A DNA stretch of 64,000 nucleotides. Origin: Ruminiclostridium sp. Its GTDB lineage: Bacteria > Bacillota > Clostridia > Oscillospirales > Ruminococcaceae. The DNA lies in the NCBI GenBank assembly GCA_045533495.1, contig JAZSHW010000132.1, positions 1,453-65,452 on the forward strand, given 5' to 3'. The notes beneath the pieces were generated by a model, which was not told where the DNA came from, did no database searches, and saw only the letters and a list, made by a program, of their open reading frames with translations. Shown here piece after piece: positions 25,837 to 35,877 of this stretch; the first letter of the stretch is position 1, and each line of letters begins with the position of its first letter. The translations under genes were made by a program, and so were the position numbers.

Positions 25837-26640
25837 TCAAAGTGAAGCTATATGCTTTATTATCTGTGTCATCGGATCTTCGTTATTACTGCCGATAATA
25901 AGCTTTGCCGCTTTCTTTACATCCTCGTGGGCATTAGATACCGCAACGCCTAAATCTGCATAAGCTACCATTTCAGCGTCATTGGGATAATCACCTGCCG
26001 CTACGGTAAATCTGCCTTCATTTCCTGTAACCTCTAAAAGCTTCTGATATCCGTAAGCCTTGCTTACTCCTGTCGGGAGCAATTCATAGAATATAGGTGC
26101 TGATAAAACGCAGTTTGTGTCCTCACTGCAATGCTCATCCACAAATTTTCTGAGTGCATCCATCTTTTCGGGCCAGTAGGCAAAAAGCACCTTAAGCCAA
26201 CCGTCTTCGGGGATATCCTCTAATTTGCATTCCTCTACCTTTGTATTCTCAAGGGACATGTGAAAACGCTCCACATCGTTCATTGCGGGAACGTATACAG
26301 TCTGGCTGTGCAGTACCTCGATACCGATATCAGGAAATGCTTCCATAACCTTTTTTATATACCCTCTTGCCTTTTTTGTAACTGAACTCTGCCATAAAAA
26401 TTTATCTGCTTTAAAATCATAAACCGCCGCTCCATTAAATATAACAGCAGGAATACGCAGTCCTATCTTTCCCGCCACAGGCTTCGCCATAGAATAGCCT
26501 CTGCCTGTCGCTATCGTAAAAAGTCCTCCCTTATCACAGAAATCGTTTATCGACTCCATATCTCTTTCGGAGATATTCTTTTCATCGTTTAAAAGAGTTC
26601 CGTCAAGGTCGGTCATTATAATTGCATTTTTAAAATCCAA
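25837..26640 (-). CDS. Cof-type HAD-IIB phosphatase
   Basis: DLDGTLL motif I and GDYPND motif IV. TTG start at 26640 (RBS aggaaaggga) preferred, because the longer ORF overlaps rluD. Confidence 0.8.
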   Translation of the reverse strand: MDFKNAIIMTDLDGTLLNDEKNISERDMESINDFCDKGGLFTIATGRGYSMAKPVAGKIGLRIPAVIFNGAAVYDFKADKFLWQSSVTKKARGYIKKVMEAFPDIGIEVLHSQTVYVPAMNDVERFHMSLENTKVEECKLEDIPEDGWLKVLFAYWPEKMDALRKFVDEHCSEDTNCVLSAPIFYELLPTGVSKAYGYQKLLEVTGNEGRFTVAAGDYPNDAEMVAYADLGVAVSNAHEDVKKAAKLIIGSNNEDPMTQIIKHIASL

Positions 26641-26656
26641 ATTTCTGTCCCTTTCC

Positions 26657-27586
26657 TTATTCTGTCCTTTGTGCTTCAAGATTACGGAGCAGCCTTGTAA
26701 AATATTCAGGCAGTTCGCTGTCAAATTCAAGATATCTGCCGTCAGGATGTACAAAACCTATCTTCTTTGCGTGCAGACATTGTCCGCATAGCCACTTGGG
26801 GCTGCCATTTCCATAGACCTCGTCACCGACTACAGAATGTCCTATATAGGACATGTGTACCCTTATCTGATGAGTTCTGCCTGTTTCAAGTCTAAGCCTG
26901 AGCAGAGTGTTCTGTCTGTATTTCTGCTCTACAAAGTAATGAGTCACCGCTTCTCTTGAATTTTCCGCAGTAACACACATTTTCTTACGGTCATATTTAT
27001 GTCTGCCTATGGGAGCGTCAACGGTACCGTTTTCTTTTATAACACCCTGAACTACCGCCATATATTCTCTTGTAAAGCTGTGTTCCTTTATCTGCTCACT
27101 TAAGACATTGTGGGCGTTGTCATTCTTCGCAACGATAAGCAGTCCGCTGGTATCTCTGTCAATTCTGTGGACGATACCCGGTCTTATAACACCGTTTATA
27201 CCTGACAAACTGTCACCGCAGTGGTACATAAGGGCGTTGACCAGAGTTCCGCTGTAATGTCCCGGAGCAGGATGCACAACCATCCCCTTTGGCTTGTTCA
27301 CCACCAGCAGATCATCGTCCTCATATACGATATCAAGAGGGATGTTTTCGGGCAATATATCCGCTTCCTTAGGCTCAGGAATTTCGAGTTCTACCGCATC
27401 GCCGCTTTTAAGCTTTGCGTTCTTCTTTGCCGCTTTCCCGTTTACAAGACAATCGCCCTGCTCTATCAGCAAGGCGGCGGCAGAACGGGATAAGCCCGTT
27501 TCACTATCAGCTATGAACTTGTCAAGTCTTATATCATTTTCTTCACAGATTAAGCTGTAATGCGTAATATCAGTCCTTTCGGTCAT
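26657..27586 (-). CDS. rluD: RluA/RluD-family 23S rRNA pseudouridine synthase
   Basis: 309 aa with N-terminal S4 domain, HRIDRDTSGL catalytic motif and GRTHQIR. Confidence 0.9.
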   Translation of the reverse strand: MTERTDITHYSLICEENDIRLDKFIADSETGLSRSAAALLIEQGDCLVNGKAAKKNAKLKSGDAVELEIPEPKEADILPENIPLDIVYEDDDLLVVNKPKGMVVHPAPGHYSGTLVNALMYHCGDSLSGINGVIRPGIVHRIDRDTSGLLIVAKNDNAHNVLSEQIKEHSFTREYMAVVQGVIKENGTVDAPIGRHKYDRKKMCVTAENSREAVTHYFVEQKYRQNTLLRLRLETGRTHQIRVHMSYIGHSVVGDEVYGNGSPKWLCGQCLHAKKIGFVHPDGRYLEFDSELPEYFTRLLRNLEAQRTE

Positions 27587-28104
27587 TCTGCCGTTTTGGT
27601 TTCGGTCATTTCTGACTTTTTCTTTTCCTTTTCTTTTTTTGCGTCCTTTATCTCATCTATCATCACAAAGATAAACAGTCCTATTGCACCGACCACCGCA
27701 CAGATGTCCGCCACATTGAATACCGCAAAATTTATTATCTTAAGGTCAATAAAGTCTACTACAAAGCCTCTTAAAATTCTGTCTATAAGGTTTCCTATAC
27801 CGCCTGACAGAATAAGAGCCATACACCACAAATAAGGAGTTTTCTTGACTCTCTTTGAGAGCATCAGATAGAGAATTCCGAGCATTATAAGTGATGTTAT
27901 AATTATGAGAAATATCTGCTTGCCTTCGAGTATGCTGAAGGCAGCACCTGTATTACGCTCATAAGTGATATTCAGTATATGAGTATCACCAAAAGCGATT
28001 ACAGGGAAAGAATCATGCAGCTGCATATTGGTATCTACTATTATTTTTGTTATCTGATCTATTATAAGTAGTACCACCGCTACCGCAAGAGAAATATAAA
28101 GCAT
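27583..28104 (-). CDS. lspA: Lipoprotein signal peptidase II
   Basis: 173 aa, 4 TM segments, motifs NTGAAFS and FNVADI. 4-nt overlap with rluD. Confidence 0.9.
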   Translation of the reverse strand: MLYISLAVAVVLLIIDQITKIIVDTNMQLHDSFPVIAFGDTHILNITYERNTGAAFSILEGKQIFLIIITSLIMLGILYLMLSKRVKKTPYLWCMALILSGGIGNLIDRILRGFVVDFIDLKIINFAVFNVADICAVVGAIGLFIFVMIDEIKDAKKEKEKKKSEMTETKTAE

Positions 28105-28191
28105 GGCTATACCTTTCTTTTTCTACACTTTTAAAAGATTAATATAAACAACTCAGCACCGCTGAATTTTCATCAGCGGTGGTGAAGATTT

Positions 28192-29280
28192 TTAGTTTTT
28201 CTGGCCAAATTCAAGATTCTCGTGAGAGTCATCCTTCTTTTCGCTCTTTCCTCCGCCTAACTTAAAGAGGATGGAATCGCCAAGGGACTTCTTGGGTTCA
28301 GCAGGCTTTGCTTCTTCCTTCTTAGGTTCTTCAGCAGGCTTTGCCTCTTCCTTCTTAGGTTCAGCAGGCTTTACTTCTTCTTTCTTAGGCTCAGCAGGCT
28401 TTACTTCTTCCTTCTTGGCTTCAGCAGGCTTTGCCTCTTCCTTCTTAGGTTCTTCAGCAGGCTTTGCCTCTTCCTTCTTAGGTTCTGCGGGCTTTGCTTC
28501 TTCCTTCTTAGGTTCTGCGGGCTTTGCTTCTTCCTTCTTAGGTTCTGCGGGCTTTGCTTCTTCCTTCTTGGCTTCAGCAGGCTTCGCTTCTTCCTTCTTA
28601 GCTTCAGCAGGCTTTGCTTCTTCCTTCTTAGGTTCAGCAGGCTTTGCAAAAGCACTGTCCTCAGGCTTTCTCTTTTCAACTTCCTTTACTGTATTTATAA
28701 CGAATTCGTTTTCACACTGTGCAGGGATACCCTTGATATATTCAATATGTGCATTATATGCCGCAAGGATCTTTGCTGTATAATCAGCAACTTCCTTCTT
28801 CGTTCTCTGTAATGCAATCTGTTCTCTTTCTGTACGCTGCTGCATTATAAGATGGATTTCATCAGACTTTGCATTAGCGTCAGCAATGATACCCTTCGCC
28901 TTTTCCTGAGCCGCAGCAACATCCTTGTCGGACTGTTCCTTTTTCTTAGCCGCATCTTCTTTAGCATTATTTATAAGCTTTTCTGCCTTTTCCTTAGCTT
29001 CCTTAAGAAGCTTTTCAGCTTCTTCCTTTGCTTCGTTTTCAATTGCAATAGCCTGTCTTTTTGCAATAAGAAGTGCGTCACGGAGAGCATCCTCATCATT
29101 GCGGTATTCCTTGATCTTTTCAGCTAATATTTCAAGCTTCTTTTCAAGCTCTTCATTTTCATTCTGAAGACCAAGATATTCAACAGATACATCTCTTAAA
29201 AATCTGTCTACCTCTTCTACACTGTAGCCGCCCTTCTTGACGGTGTCAAATCTTTTTCCGACAATATCATTTGCGTTCAC
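28192..29280 (-). CDS. divIVA: DivIVA-domain protein with long Lys/Pro/Ala/Glu decapeptide repeat tail
   Basis: N-terminus (DIVGKRFDTVKKGGYSVEEVDRFL) is the DivIVA lipid-binding motif, followed by a coiled coil and about 11.5 copies of KPAE(P/A)KKEEA. Confidence 0.88.
   Translation of the reverse strand: MNANDIVGKRFDTVKKGGYSVEEVDRFLRDVSVEYLGLQNENEELEKKLEILAEKIKEYRNDEDALRDALLIAKRQAIAIENEAKEEAEKLLKEAKEKAEKLINNAKEDAAKKKEQSDKDVAAAQEKAKGIIADANAKSDEIHLIMQQRTEREQIALQRTKKEVADYTAKILAAYNAHIEYIKGIPAQCENEFVINTVKEVEKRKPEDSAFAKPAEPKKEEAKPAEAKKEEAKPAEAKKEEAKPAEPKKEEAKPAEPKKEEAKPAEPKKEEAKPAEEPKKEEAKPAEAKKEEVKPAEPKKEEVKPAEPKKEEAKPAEEPKKEEAKPAEPKKSLGDSILFKLGGGKSEKKDDSHENLEFGQKN
28288..28644 (-). repeat. In-frame 30/33-bp tandem repeat array inside divIVA
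   Basis: Unit gcaggctttgcttcttccttcttaggttc repeated about 12 times with point variants. Encodes KPAEPKKEEA. Confidence 0.95.
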
Positions 29281-29303
29281 GGATTAACCCTCCTGAAAAT
29301 CTT

Positions 29304-30065
29304 TTATTTATATTTTTTTACTATTATATGTGTATTGCCTTTTCTGCCCACATCTCCGATTTCGGATAACAGAAACTTGCCCTTGCCCCTTATGGTAATA
29401 ATCTCTCCCTGCTTTATAATTCTTGAGGGATTATCGCACACCTCTGCGTTTATCTGAACAAGCTGCGGCTTTAAATATCTGTCGCAGGCTACTGTTCTTG
29501 AGCAGGACGCCATATTCTTGACAAGGTTGTCAAGACGCAGTGATGCAACCGAGAAGCTAAGCTCCTCATACTGTTGCTTCGGCAATTCAAAGTCTACTCC
29601 GTAGGAGCAGCTTACTCCCACCTTGCCGATCTTAAGCACCGAATCCATAATAAGCTCAGCAGGTTTTTCGGTAACGAAAACCGCCGTCTTGCCTTCGGAT
29701 ATAAAGATATCTCCCACGGTATCCCTTTCGATACCGAGTCCCATAAGTGTACCAAGCACCTCTCTGTGCGTTATCTCGTCACACTTACGATAGGTAAAGG
29801 TTATAGCTTTCACAGGGAAAAGTGCATTAAAGCTACCCTCATCCGTTACATAGAATGACGGCACAATGCCAAAGCACCTTCTCACCGCATCACTGTTACC
29901 CTCTCCGCCGTAAAAGCCTGTTACAAGCTCGTCGGAGAATTTAAGTGCAGATATTTTCATCTGCTCAGCTTCTGTCAGAAAGCGGGTAAAATAAGGGCGT
30001 GATTTATTTAAAGCATCCCTCGCCGCACTTTGTATACGGGAGATCAGCTGATCATTCGCTGTCAT
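29304..30065 (-). CDS. ylmH: YlmH-like S4-domain RNA-binding protein
   Basis: 253 aa. Position between sepF and divIVA and a C-terminal S4-like segment. Confidence 0.75.
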   Translation of the reverse strand: MTANDQLISRIQSAARDALNKSRPYFTRFLTEAEQMKISALKFSDELVTGFYGGEGNSDAVRRCFGIVPSFYVTDEGSFNALFPVKAITFTYRKCDEITHREVLGTLMGLGIERDTVGDIFISEGKTAVFVTEKPAELIMDSVLKIGKVGVSCSYGVDFELPKQQYEELSFSVASLRLDNLVKNMASCSRTVACDRYLKPQLVQINAEVCDNPSRIIKQGEIITIRGKGKFLLSEIGDVGRKGNTHIIVKKYK

Positions 30066-30066
30066 A

Positions 30067-30504
30067 TCAGTCTAAAGAATCGAAAATATCCTCGCTACCT
30101 GAGATGTTGTTGATTTCTTCGATAAAGTCACCGGAAATATCAACATTGTAGGGAGCAAGAACATAGGTTGTATCTCCTATTCTCTTAAGCTCGCCATCTG
30201 TGATGTAGCTTACACCGCCTAAAAAGTCAATAAGGCGGTTTGCGATATCCTTATTTGTATTGTTGAACATAAGGATAACTGTTGTTTTATTCTTATAAAG
30301 CTCTGCAATTTCTGCAGCATCACTGTACTTCTTAGGTCTGTTTACTACAAGGTGAAGTGTTGTGCTTGCATTGAATGTAAACACCTTTGAGCCTGCCTGT
30401 GCACCCTTTGAATCAGCTCTTGCAGTTGCTACATCTGCTTCGTCGTATGTGTCGTATTCTTCGTCCTCGTTGTTTTTATTGAGAAATATGTCCTTAAATC
30501 CCAT
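30067..30504 (-). CDS. sepF: Cell division protein SepF
   Basis: 145 aa with the SepF C-terminal domain (VVNRPKKYSDAAEIAE...ANRLIDFLGG). Confidence 0.88.
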   Translation of the reverse strand: MGFKDIFLNKNNEDEEYDTYDEADVATARADSKGAQAGSKVFTFNASTTLHLVVNRPKKYSDAAEIAELYKNKTTVILMFNNTNKDIANRLIDFLGGVSYITDGELKRIGDTTYVLAPYNVDISGDFIEEINNISGSEDIFDSLD

Positions 30505-30523
30505 TGCTTTTTACCTCCAAAAA

Positions 30524-31249
30524 TTATTTTGTATAATTTCTATAGCCGAAAAGGCCGCTACCGATTCTGACTATATTTGATCCGTATTTTACCGCCAGGG
30601 CATAATCTCCTGACATCCCCATAGAAAGCGTGTCCATACCGTTTAAAAAGCTTTCTCTCGCACGAAGTTCTTCGTAAAGCTCCTGCATACGAGGAAAATA
30701 TTTTTCGCTCTCAAAGGGTGGTGGTATAGTCATAAGACCTCTAATTCTTACACCCTGAAGCTCTGATATCATCTTTGCCGTTTCAAGTAACTGTCCTGTT
30801 GCAAGTCCGCCCTTTGAAAGCTCCTCGCCTATATTCACTTCGAGCAGTATATCCATGAAAAGATTTTTCGATAAGGCTCTGCGACTGATCTCTTCAGCAA
30901 GCTTTAAGCTATCCACTGAATGAATCATACTCACCTTATCAATTATATACTTAACTTTGTTATTTTGCAAGCCCCCGATGAAATGAATTTCCGATTTTTC
31001 CGAATAATTTTCGTGCTTTTCAAGAAATTCCTGTACTCTGTTTTCACCAAGCAGATCAATTCCGAGAGACTCCGCATAATTTATCTTTTCGCAGTCCACC
31101 GTTTTTGTGACTGCCATTATGCGTACCTCGTCCTTTCTGCCCGCTGAGTACTTCGCCTCATCCACCTGCTCTTTTATAAATTCATAATTTGCTTTTATAT
31201 CCTGCAGTACTGTATCAGCCGCGGATTTAATATCAGGTACTTTGTTCAT
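30524..31249 (-). CDS. yggS: YggS/YlmE-family PLP-binding protein
   Basis: 241 aa with the PLP lysine context (MAVTKTV) and HFIGGLQ.NK. Confidence 0.88.
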   Translation of the reverse strand: MNKVPDIKSAADTVLQDIKANYEFIKEQVDEAKYSAGRKDEVRIMAVTKTVDCEKINYAESLGIDLLGENRVQEFLEKHENYSEKSEIHFIGGLQNNKVKYIIDKVSMIHSVDSLKLAEEISRRALSKNLFMDILLEVNIGEELSKGGLATGQLLETAKMISELQGVRIRGLMTIPPPFESEKYFPRMQELYEELRARESFLNGMDTLSMGMSGDYALAVKYGSNIVRIGSGLFGYRNYTK

Positions 31250-32480
31250 CCCGGCTCTCCTCCTGCGGTTTATAAATCTCGAATTTACCCTCGACTATTA
31301 CGTTATCATATAAATCAAGATAGTTCGTCTGATTATTCGGGATATGCTTTATAATAACGAAATCCTCGCCTGAATAAAGCTCCTCGATGGTTCTGAAATA
31401 GCCAAGATTACCATAAAGGATGTATACACCCTTTTCGCCATTTTCGTTAAATCGGATAGCACTTGATGGTAATCTGATACCACTGTATCTGCTTACCACA
31501 AGCTCAAATCTGCCTGTACGGGAAGATGCAAGCTCTGCATTAAGGGTATCGCCTGCAAATACTACTACAGTTCCTTCGCCGTCATAATTCTGTATATATT
31601 CTACAGTGACCTCAATAGTTGAATTATCAGCACTGAAAAGCAGTCTTACTGTTTCTCCGGTTGACAGGAGTGCCGCTCTGTGATCATCAAGTACAGCCGC
31701 TAACTTCCACTTGTAGTTATCTATCATCTTGCCGATAACATTACCGCCGCCATCTGATTTTTTCGGTGTATTTACTATATTCTCTATATCAGAGGGGGTA
31801 AGGCTATGGGACATAGAAACGGAAAGCTCACCTTCATAGCCGTCTGTCCTGCTTACAAAATATCCTGTCTCGCCCGAAATAAGCGTTTCAGGTGTGCTGC
31901 TTATTCTTGCAGAAAGACTGTTCACTTCGCTTTTAAGCTCGTTTATAACCGACTGGTAGCCCTCTGCTCTGCCCTTTGCAATATCTCTCTTGCTCTGAAG
32001 TCCAAGCAGCTCATACTTAAGGCTTTCCGCCTTTTTATAGTCCTTATCATTAAGGGCGGTTACTATTTCGCTGTGCTTTTCTGTGATAAGCTTACCAAAG
32101 GCCTCAGCCTGAGAACCATCTGTACCCGCAAGCTTCTGTGCATCTTCAAGGGTTTTTATTCTTTCATTCAGTTTATCTATTTTCTGACAAACATCTATAT
32201 CGGAGGAGGATGCATAAACGCTTGCCATAACGCTGTTTTTTGCAAGTCGTGAGCCATCCTCATGCTCATACTGTAAAACGCCGCTGTAGGAACGTTCTAC
32301 CGTATGCTCATCCCTTATAAGAACTCCATCAAACTTTATTGTATCAGTAAGCTCATACAGTCTTGCTACTTCTGTTTTGCAGGCATTCTGCGGTATCACT
32401 ATCACCTGTCCGATGATGGTAGCCACAAGAAAAACTGCAAGTATTATCGCAAGTACTGTTGTGGTTTTTGATTTATCCAT
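31233..32480 (-). CDS. Membrane-anchored coiled-coil protein (HlyD / membrane-fusion-like), function unclear
   Basis: 415 aa with N-terminal TM segment, central coiled coil and beta-rich C-terminus. The assignment is a weak impression only. Confidence 0.4.
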   Translation of the reverse strand: MDKSKTTTVLAIILAVFLVATIIGQVIVIPQNACKTEVARLYELTDTIKFDGVLIRDEHTVERSYSGVLQYEHEDGSRLAKNSVMASVYASSSDIDVCQKIDKLNERIKTLEDAQKLAGTDGSQAEAFGKLITEKHSEIVTALNDKDYKKAESLKYELLGLQSKRDIAKGRAEGYQSVINELKSEVNSLSARISSTPETLISGETGYFVSRTDGYEGELSVSMSHSLTPSDIENIVNTPKKSDGGGNVIGKMIDNYKWKLAAVLDDHRAALLSTGETVRLLFSADNSTIEVTVEYIQNYDGEGTVVVFAGDTLNAELASSRTGRFELVVSRYSGIRLPSSAIRFNENGEKGVYILYGNLGYFRTIEELYSGEDFVIIKHIPNNQTNYLDLYDNVIVEGKFEIYKPQEESRDEQST

Positions 32481-32490
32481 TCAGTTTATT

Positions 32491-32736
32491 TTAATTTTCC
32501 TCGTTCTTTTCAAATGCGTCAAGGATAGAAATTGTGCGAAGAGGTGCAATTGTAGAGATAGCGTGCTTGTAGATAAGGTTCTGCTTACCGTCTGTGTCAA
32601 GTATAACGGTGTAATTGTCAAAGCCTCTTACCATACCCTTGAACTGAAATCCGTTGGTGATGTAAATTGTTACCGGTATTTTCTCTTTTCTTGCCTGATT
32701 TAAAAATACATCCTGTAAATTGAGTTCTTTTGCCAT
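32491..32736 (-). CDS. hfq: RNA chaperone Hfq
   Basis: 81 aa with Sm1/Sm2 motifs ([40 protein letters not shown]...IYKHAISTI). Confidence 0.95.
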   Translation of the reverse strand: MAKELNLQDVFLNQARKEKIPVTIYITNGFQFKGMVRGFDNYTVILDTDGKQNLIYKHAISTIAPLRTISILDAFEKNEEN

Positions 32737-32869
32737 AAAAAATTCCTTTCTTTTGAGGGTTATAAGCTTCCCCCATAAATAAAATAATGTAATTTAAAAG
32801 TCGTGGCAATATATCTGTCTGCGTTCTGTAACGAAGCGTGCCACGCCTATTTATATATTGTAACACATT

Positions 32870-33811
32870 TTAACGGAAATTTCCACATATTTTTATATAT
32901 TTTTTTGCGTTTTCAAAAATTTCCCTAAAAGGCACTGTATCACTTGCCTTTATCCAGTGAATGCGATCATCCTTTCTGAACCAGGTAAGCTGTCTTTTGG
33001 CGTACTTTCTTGTTTCCTGCTTCAGATGGTCTATACATTCAGCAAGCTCTTTTTCTCCCTTGAAATAAGGCGACAGCTCCTTATAGCCTATTGCCTGTGC
33101 GGCTGTGGGCAGGTTTCCTTTTGAAAAGAAGTTCTTCGCTTCATCAATAAGCCCCATTTCCATCATTACGTCAACTCTTCTGTTTATTCTGTCGTAGAGC
33201 TGTTCTCTGTCATAATCGAGGGCTATCATACAAGGCTCATAGGGAGAAGGCTCGGTGCGGCTTTCCTCCTGAGTCTGCGACATTGTTTTTCCTGTCACCT
33301 TATATACTTCAAGTGCTCTTATAACACGGGACTGATTATTCTCGTGGAGAGCAGCGGCTGTCACAGGGTCTATCTCTCTTAACATATCAAGAAGATAGCC
33401 ATTACCCTTCTCTTCAGCTAAAAGTCTGAGCTCCTCACGATATGCATAGTCACATTCGCTTTCTTCAAAACGGATATTGTTTATGAGCGAGCTTATATAA
33501 AGTCCCGTACCGCCTACTATCATAGGAACTTTTCCACGGGAGGCTATATCCTTTATCCTTTCATGGCCAAGCCGTACATAATCAGCCACAGAAAAACTCT
33601 CGGAGGGGTCAAGAAAATCCATAAGATAGTGAGGGATTCCCTGTCTTTCTTCTAAAGACGGCTTTGCAGTCGCAATATCCATACCCTTATATATCTGCAT
33701 GGAGTCTGCCGAAATTATTTCAGCGTCAAATTCCTTTGCAAGCTCTACCGAAAGTGCGGTCTTGCCGCTGGCAGTAGGGCCGCATATTACTATCACAAAC
33801 TGCTTTTCCAT
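32870..33811 (-). CDS. miaA: tRNA dimethylallyltransferase
   Basis: P-loop GPTASGKT and MiaA family pattern. ATG 33811 with RBS aaagggggat. The longer ORF overlaps mutL. Confidence 0.92.
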   Translation of the reverse strand: MEKQFVIVICGPTASGKTALSVELAKEFDAEIISADSMQIYKGMDIATAKPSLEERQGIPHYLMDFLDPSESFSVADYVRLGHERIKDIASRGKVPMIVGGTGLYISSLINNIRFEESECDYAYREELRLLAEEKGNGYLLDMLREIDPVTAAALHENNQSRVIRALEVYKVTGKTMSQTQEESRTEPSPYEPCMIALDYDREQLYDRINRRVDVMMEMGLIDEAKNFFSKGNLPTAAQAIGYKELSPYFKGEKELAECIDHLKQETRKYAKRQLTWFRKDDRIHWIKASDTVPFREIFENAKKYIKICGNFR

Positions 33812-33834
33812 AAAATCCCCCTTTCTTTTTACTA

Positions 33835-35856
33835 TCAGCTTCTGCCGAAGAAATGTTCGAGTTTTGCTTTTGATAATTCTATCATAACAGGTCTGCCGTG
33901 AGGACAAAATCTTATCTTTTCATCATTGTAGACCCTTCTTGCCAGTGCATCAAGCTGAACTATATCTGTTCGGTCGTTTGCCTTTATAGCAGACTTACAC
34001 GCCATAGAGTGAAGTATATCGTCATACATTGCACCGCTTTGCTCGGTGTTACCCTGCATCAGTCTTTCGGCTATAAGCGTTACCAGCTCCTGAGGGGTGC
34101 ATCTTACTACCGTTGGCATTGCAGTGACTGATACAGTAAGATCATCCTCAAACATAAGCTCAAGTCCTGTCTGCTCCACAAAGCTGTAATATTCCTGCAA
34201 AGCGTTATATTCTTCAGCGGAAAGTCTTATCTCCGTTCTGTCGATAAGCAGCTGTGAGCTGTCAAAAAACTCTTCTTTCAGCTTTTCAAAGCGTATTCTT
34301 TCGTGAGCGGCGTGCTTATCAATAAGAATGAGCTTTTCTTCTGCTTCACAAATGATATAGGTAGCAGAAAATTCTCCTATCACCCTTATTTCCTTTTCAG
34401 GCTCAGGCTGTTCGGTCTTAATTACGGTATGTGGAATATATTTTGGCGTACTGTCAGAGCTTATAGCGGTATTTATATATTTAAAACCGCCGTTCTCTTC
34501 TCTTTCCCGCTCTGATTTTTCTGTATTGTCTTCAATTTTCTTTTCAGGAAAATCGGGTGTGGATTTCTGTTCCTGAACGGAAATCTGAATATTTTCCTGC
34601 CTTACTTCCTCTTTTAAAGGCTTGTTCACATTATACTCTGCTCTTGTACTGTGAAAAGCAGGAGTCACAGAAATGTTCTTAGGATATACCGTCTGTACGC
34701 TTACTTCTTCTGTCTTTTTTTCTGTAACAGATTCTATGATTTTTTCTGTCAACGTCTGCTGAACTGCAGGCTTTATTTCAGGATTTTTCGCAAAATAATC
34801 TGCTCTGTTTTCATACTTTGGTTTTGCAGGCTGAGATGGTTTTAAATCTATCTGCTTTTTGTCATTGGCACAGTTTACAAGTGCGTTTTTTGTTGCAAGG
34901 TAGACCGCATCAAAAACAGGTTTTTCGTAAGCAAAGCGGATTTCTGTCTTTGCAGGGTGTACGTTTACATCCACCGTTTCGGGTCGTATCTTTATAAAAA
35001 GCACACAAGCAGGGAATTTTCCCACCATTATGCTGTTGCGATATGCTTCTTCAAGTGCCGCCATACAGGTAGTGCTTTTTATGTATCTGTTATTTACGAA
35101 AAAGGTCTGCATACTGCGGCTTGCTCTGCAGAAAAGCGGAGAGGACACAAAGCCCGTCACTTCTATATCGTTGATAGAAAAATCAACAGGCACAAAGCTT
35201 TCAGCCAGCTGTCTGCCGAAAACCGCCTTTATAGTGCTGATAAGTGAGCCGTCACCTGATGTCAGTCTTACACTTTTGTTGTCTCTTATAAAGCGGAAGC
35301 TGATATCAGGATGAGCAAGAGCCAGCTTATCAACGACCGACGCTATAAAGTTTCCCTCGGACACATCCTTTTTTAAGAATTTAAGTCTTGCAGGGGTGTT
35401 ATAAAATAAATCCCTTATAATGATTGTCGTACCATTAGGACAGCCGCAGGATTCGTATTCTGTCTGCTCGCCGCCCTCGATTTTATATCTGCCGCCAAGC
35501 TCGTCACATTCTCTTTTGGTCATCATTTCGACTTTTGCCACAGCCGCAACCGATGCTAACGCTTCACCACGGAAGCCCATAGTGCCGATACAGTCAAGGT
35601 CATCCGCCTTGCTTATCTTACTTGTGGCATGACGAAGGAAAGCCGTCGGTATTTCAGAAAATGCTATACCGCAGCCGTCATCGGTGATACGCATATAGCT
35701 TATACCACCGCTTTTTATTTCAATTGTAATGTGCTTTGCACCTGCGTCAACGGAGTTTTCTATAAGCTCCTTTATAACAGAGGAGGGTCTTTCGATTACC
35801 TCGCCTGCCGCTATAAGCTCCGCTACGCTCTTATCAAGTAATTTTATTGTCGGCAT
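33835..35856 (-). CDS. mutL: DNA mismatch repair protein MutL
   Basis: 673 aa. GHKL ATPase N-terminus (AAGEVIERPSSVIKELIENSVDAG) and C-terminal dimerisation domain. Confidence 0.95.
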   Translation of the reverse strand: MPTIKLLDKSVAELIAAGEVIERPSSVIKELIENSVDAGAKHITIEIKSGGISYMRITDDGCGIAFSEIPTAFLRHATSKISKADDLDCIGTMGFRGEALASVAAVAKVEMMTKRECDELGGRYKIEGGEQTEYESCGCPNGTTIIIRDLFYNTPARLKFLKKDVSEGNFIASVVDKLALAHPDISFRFIRDNKSVRLTSGDGSLISTIKAVFGRQLAESFVPVDFSINDIEVTGFVSSPLFCRASRSMQTFFVNNRYIKSTTCMAALEEAYRNSIMVGKFPACVLFIKIRPETVDVNVHPAKTEIRFAYEKPVFDAVYLATKNALVNCANDKKQIDLKPSQPAKPKYENRADYFAKNPEIKPAVQQTLTEKIIESVTEKKTEEVSVQTVYPKNISVTPAFHSTRAEYNVNKPLKEEVRQENIQISVQEQKSTPDFPEKKIEDNTEKSEREREENGGFKYINTAISSDSTPKYIPHTVIKTEQPEPEKEIRVIGEFSATYIICEAEEKLILIDKHAAHERIRFEKLKEEFFDSSQLLIDRTEIRLSAEEYNALQEYYSFVEQTGLELMFEDDLTVSVTAMPTVVRCTPQELVTLIAERLMQGNTEQSGAMYDDILHSMACKSAIKANDRTDIVQLDALARRVYNDEKIRFCPHGRPVMIELSKAKLEHFFGRS

Positions 35857-35877
35857 TGGTTTTCCCTTAAGTATTTT

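Noticed and set aside
28288-28644. Regular 30-bp periodic repeats that superficially resemble a CRISPR array
   Set aside because: The units are contiguous with no spacers, in frame, and translate to a KPAEPKKEEA repeat within the divIVA ORF. No cas genes are present.
32618-32866. 82-aa ORF overlapping the hfq start and the hfq-miaA intergenic region
   Set aside because: It is out of frame with the well-supported hfq gene, and most of it covers the hfq promoter and leader.
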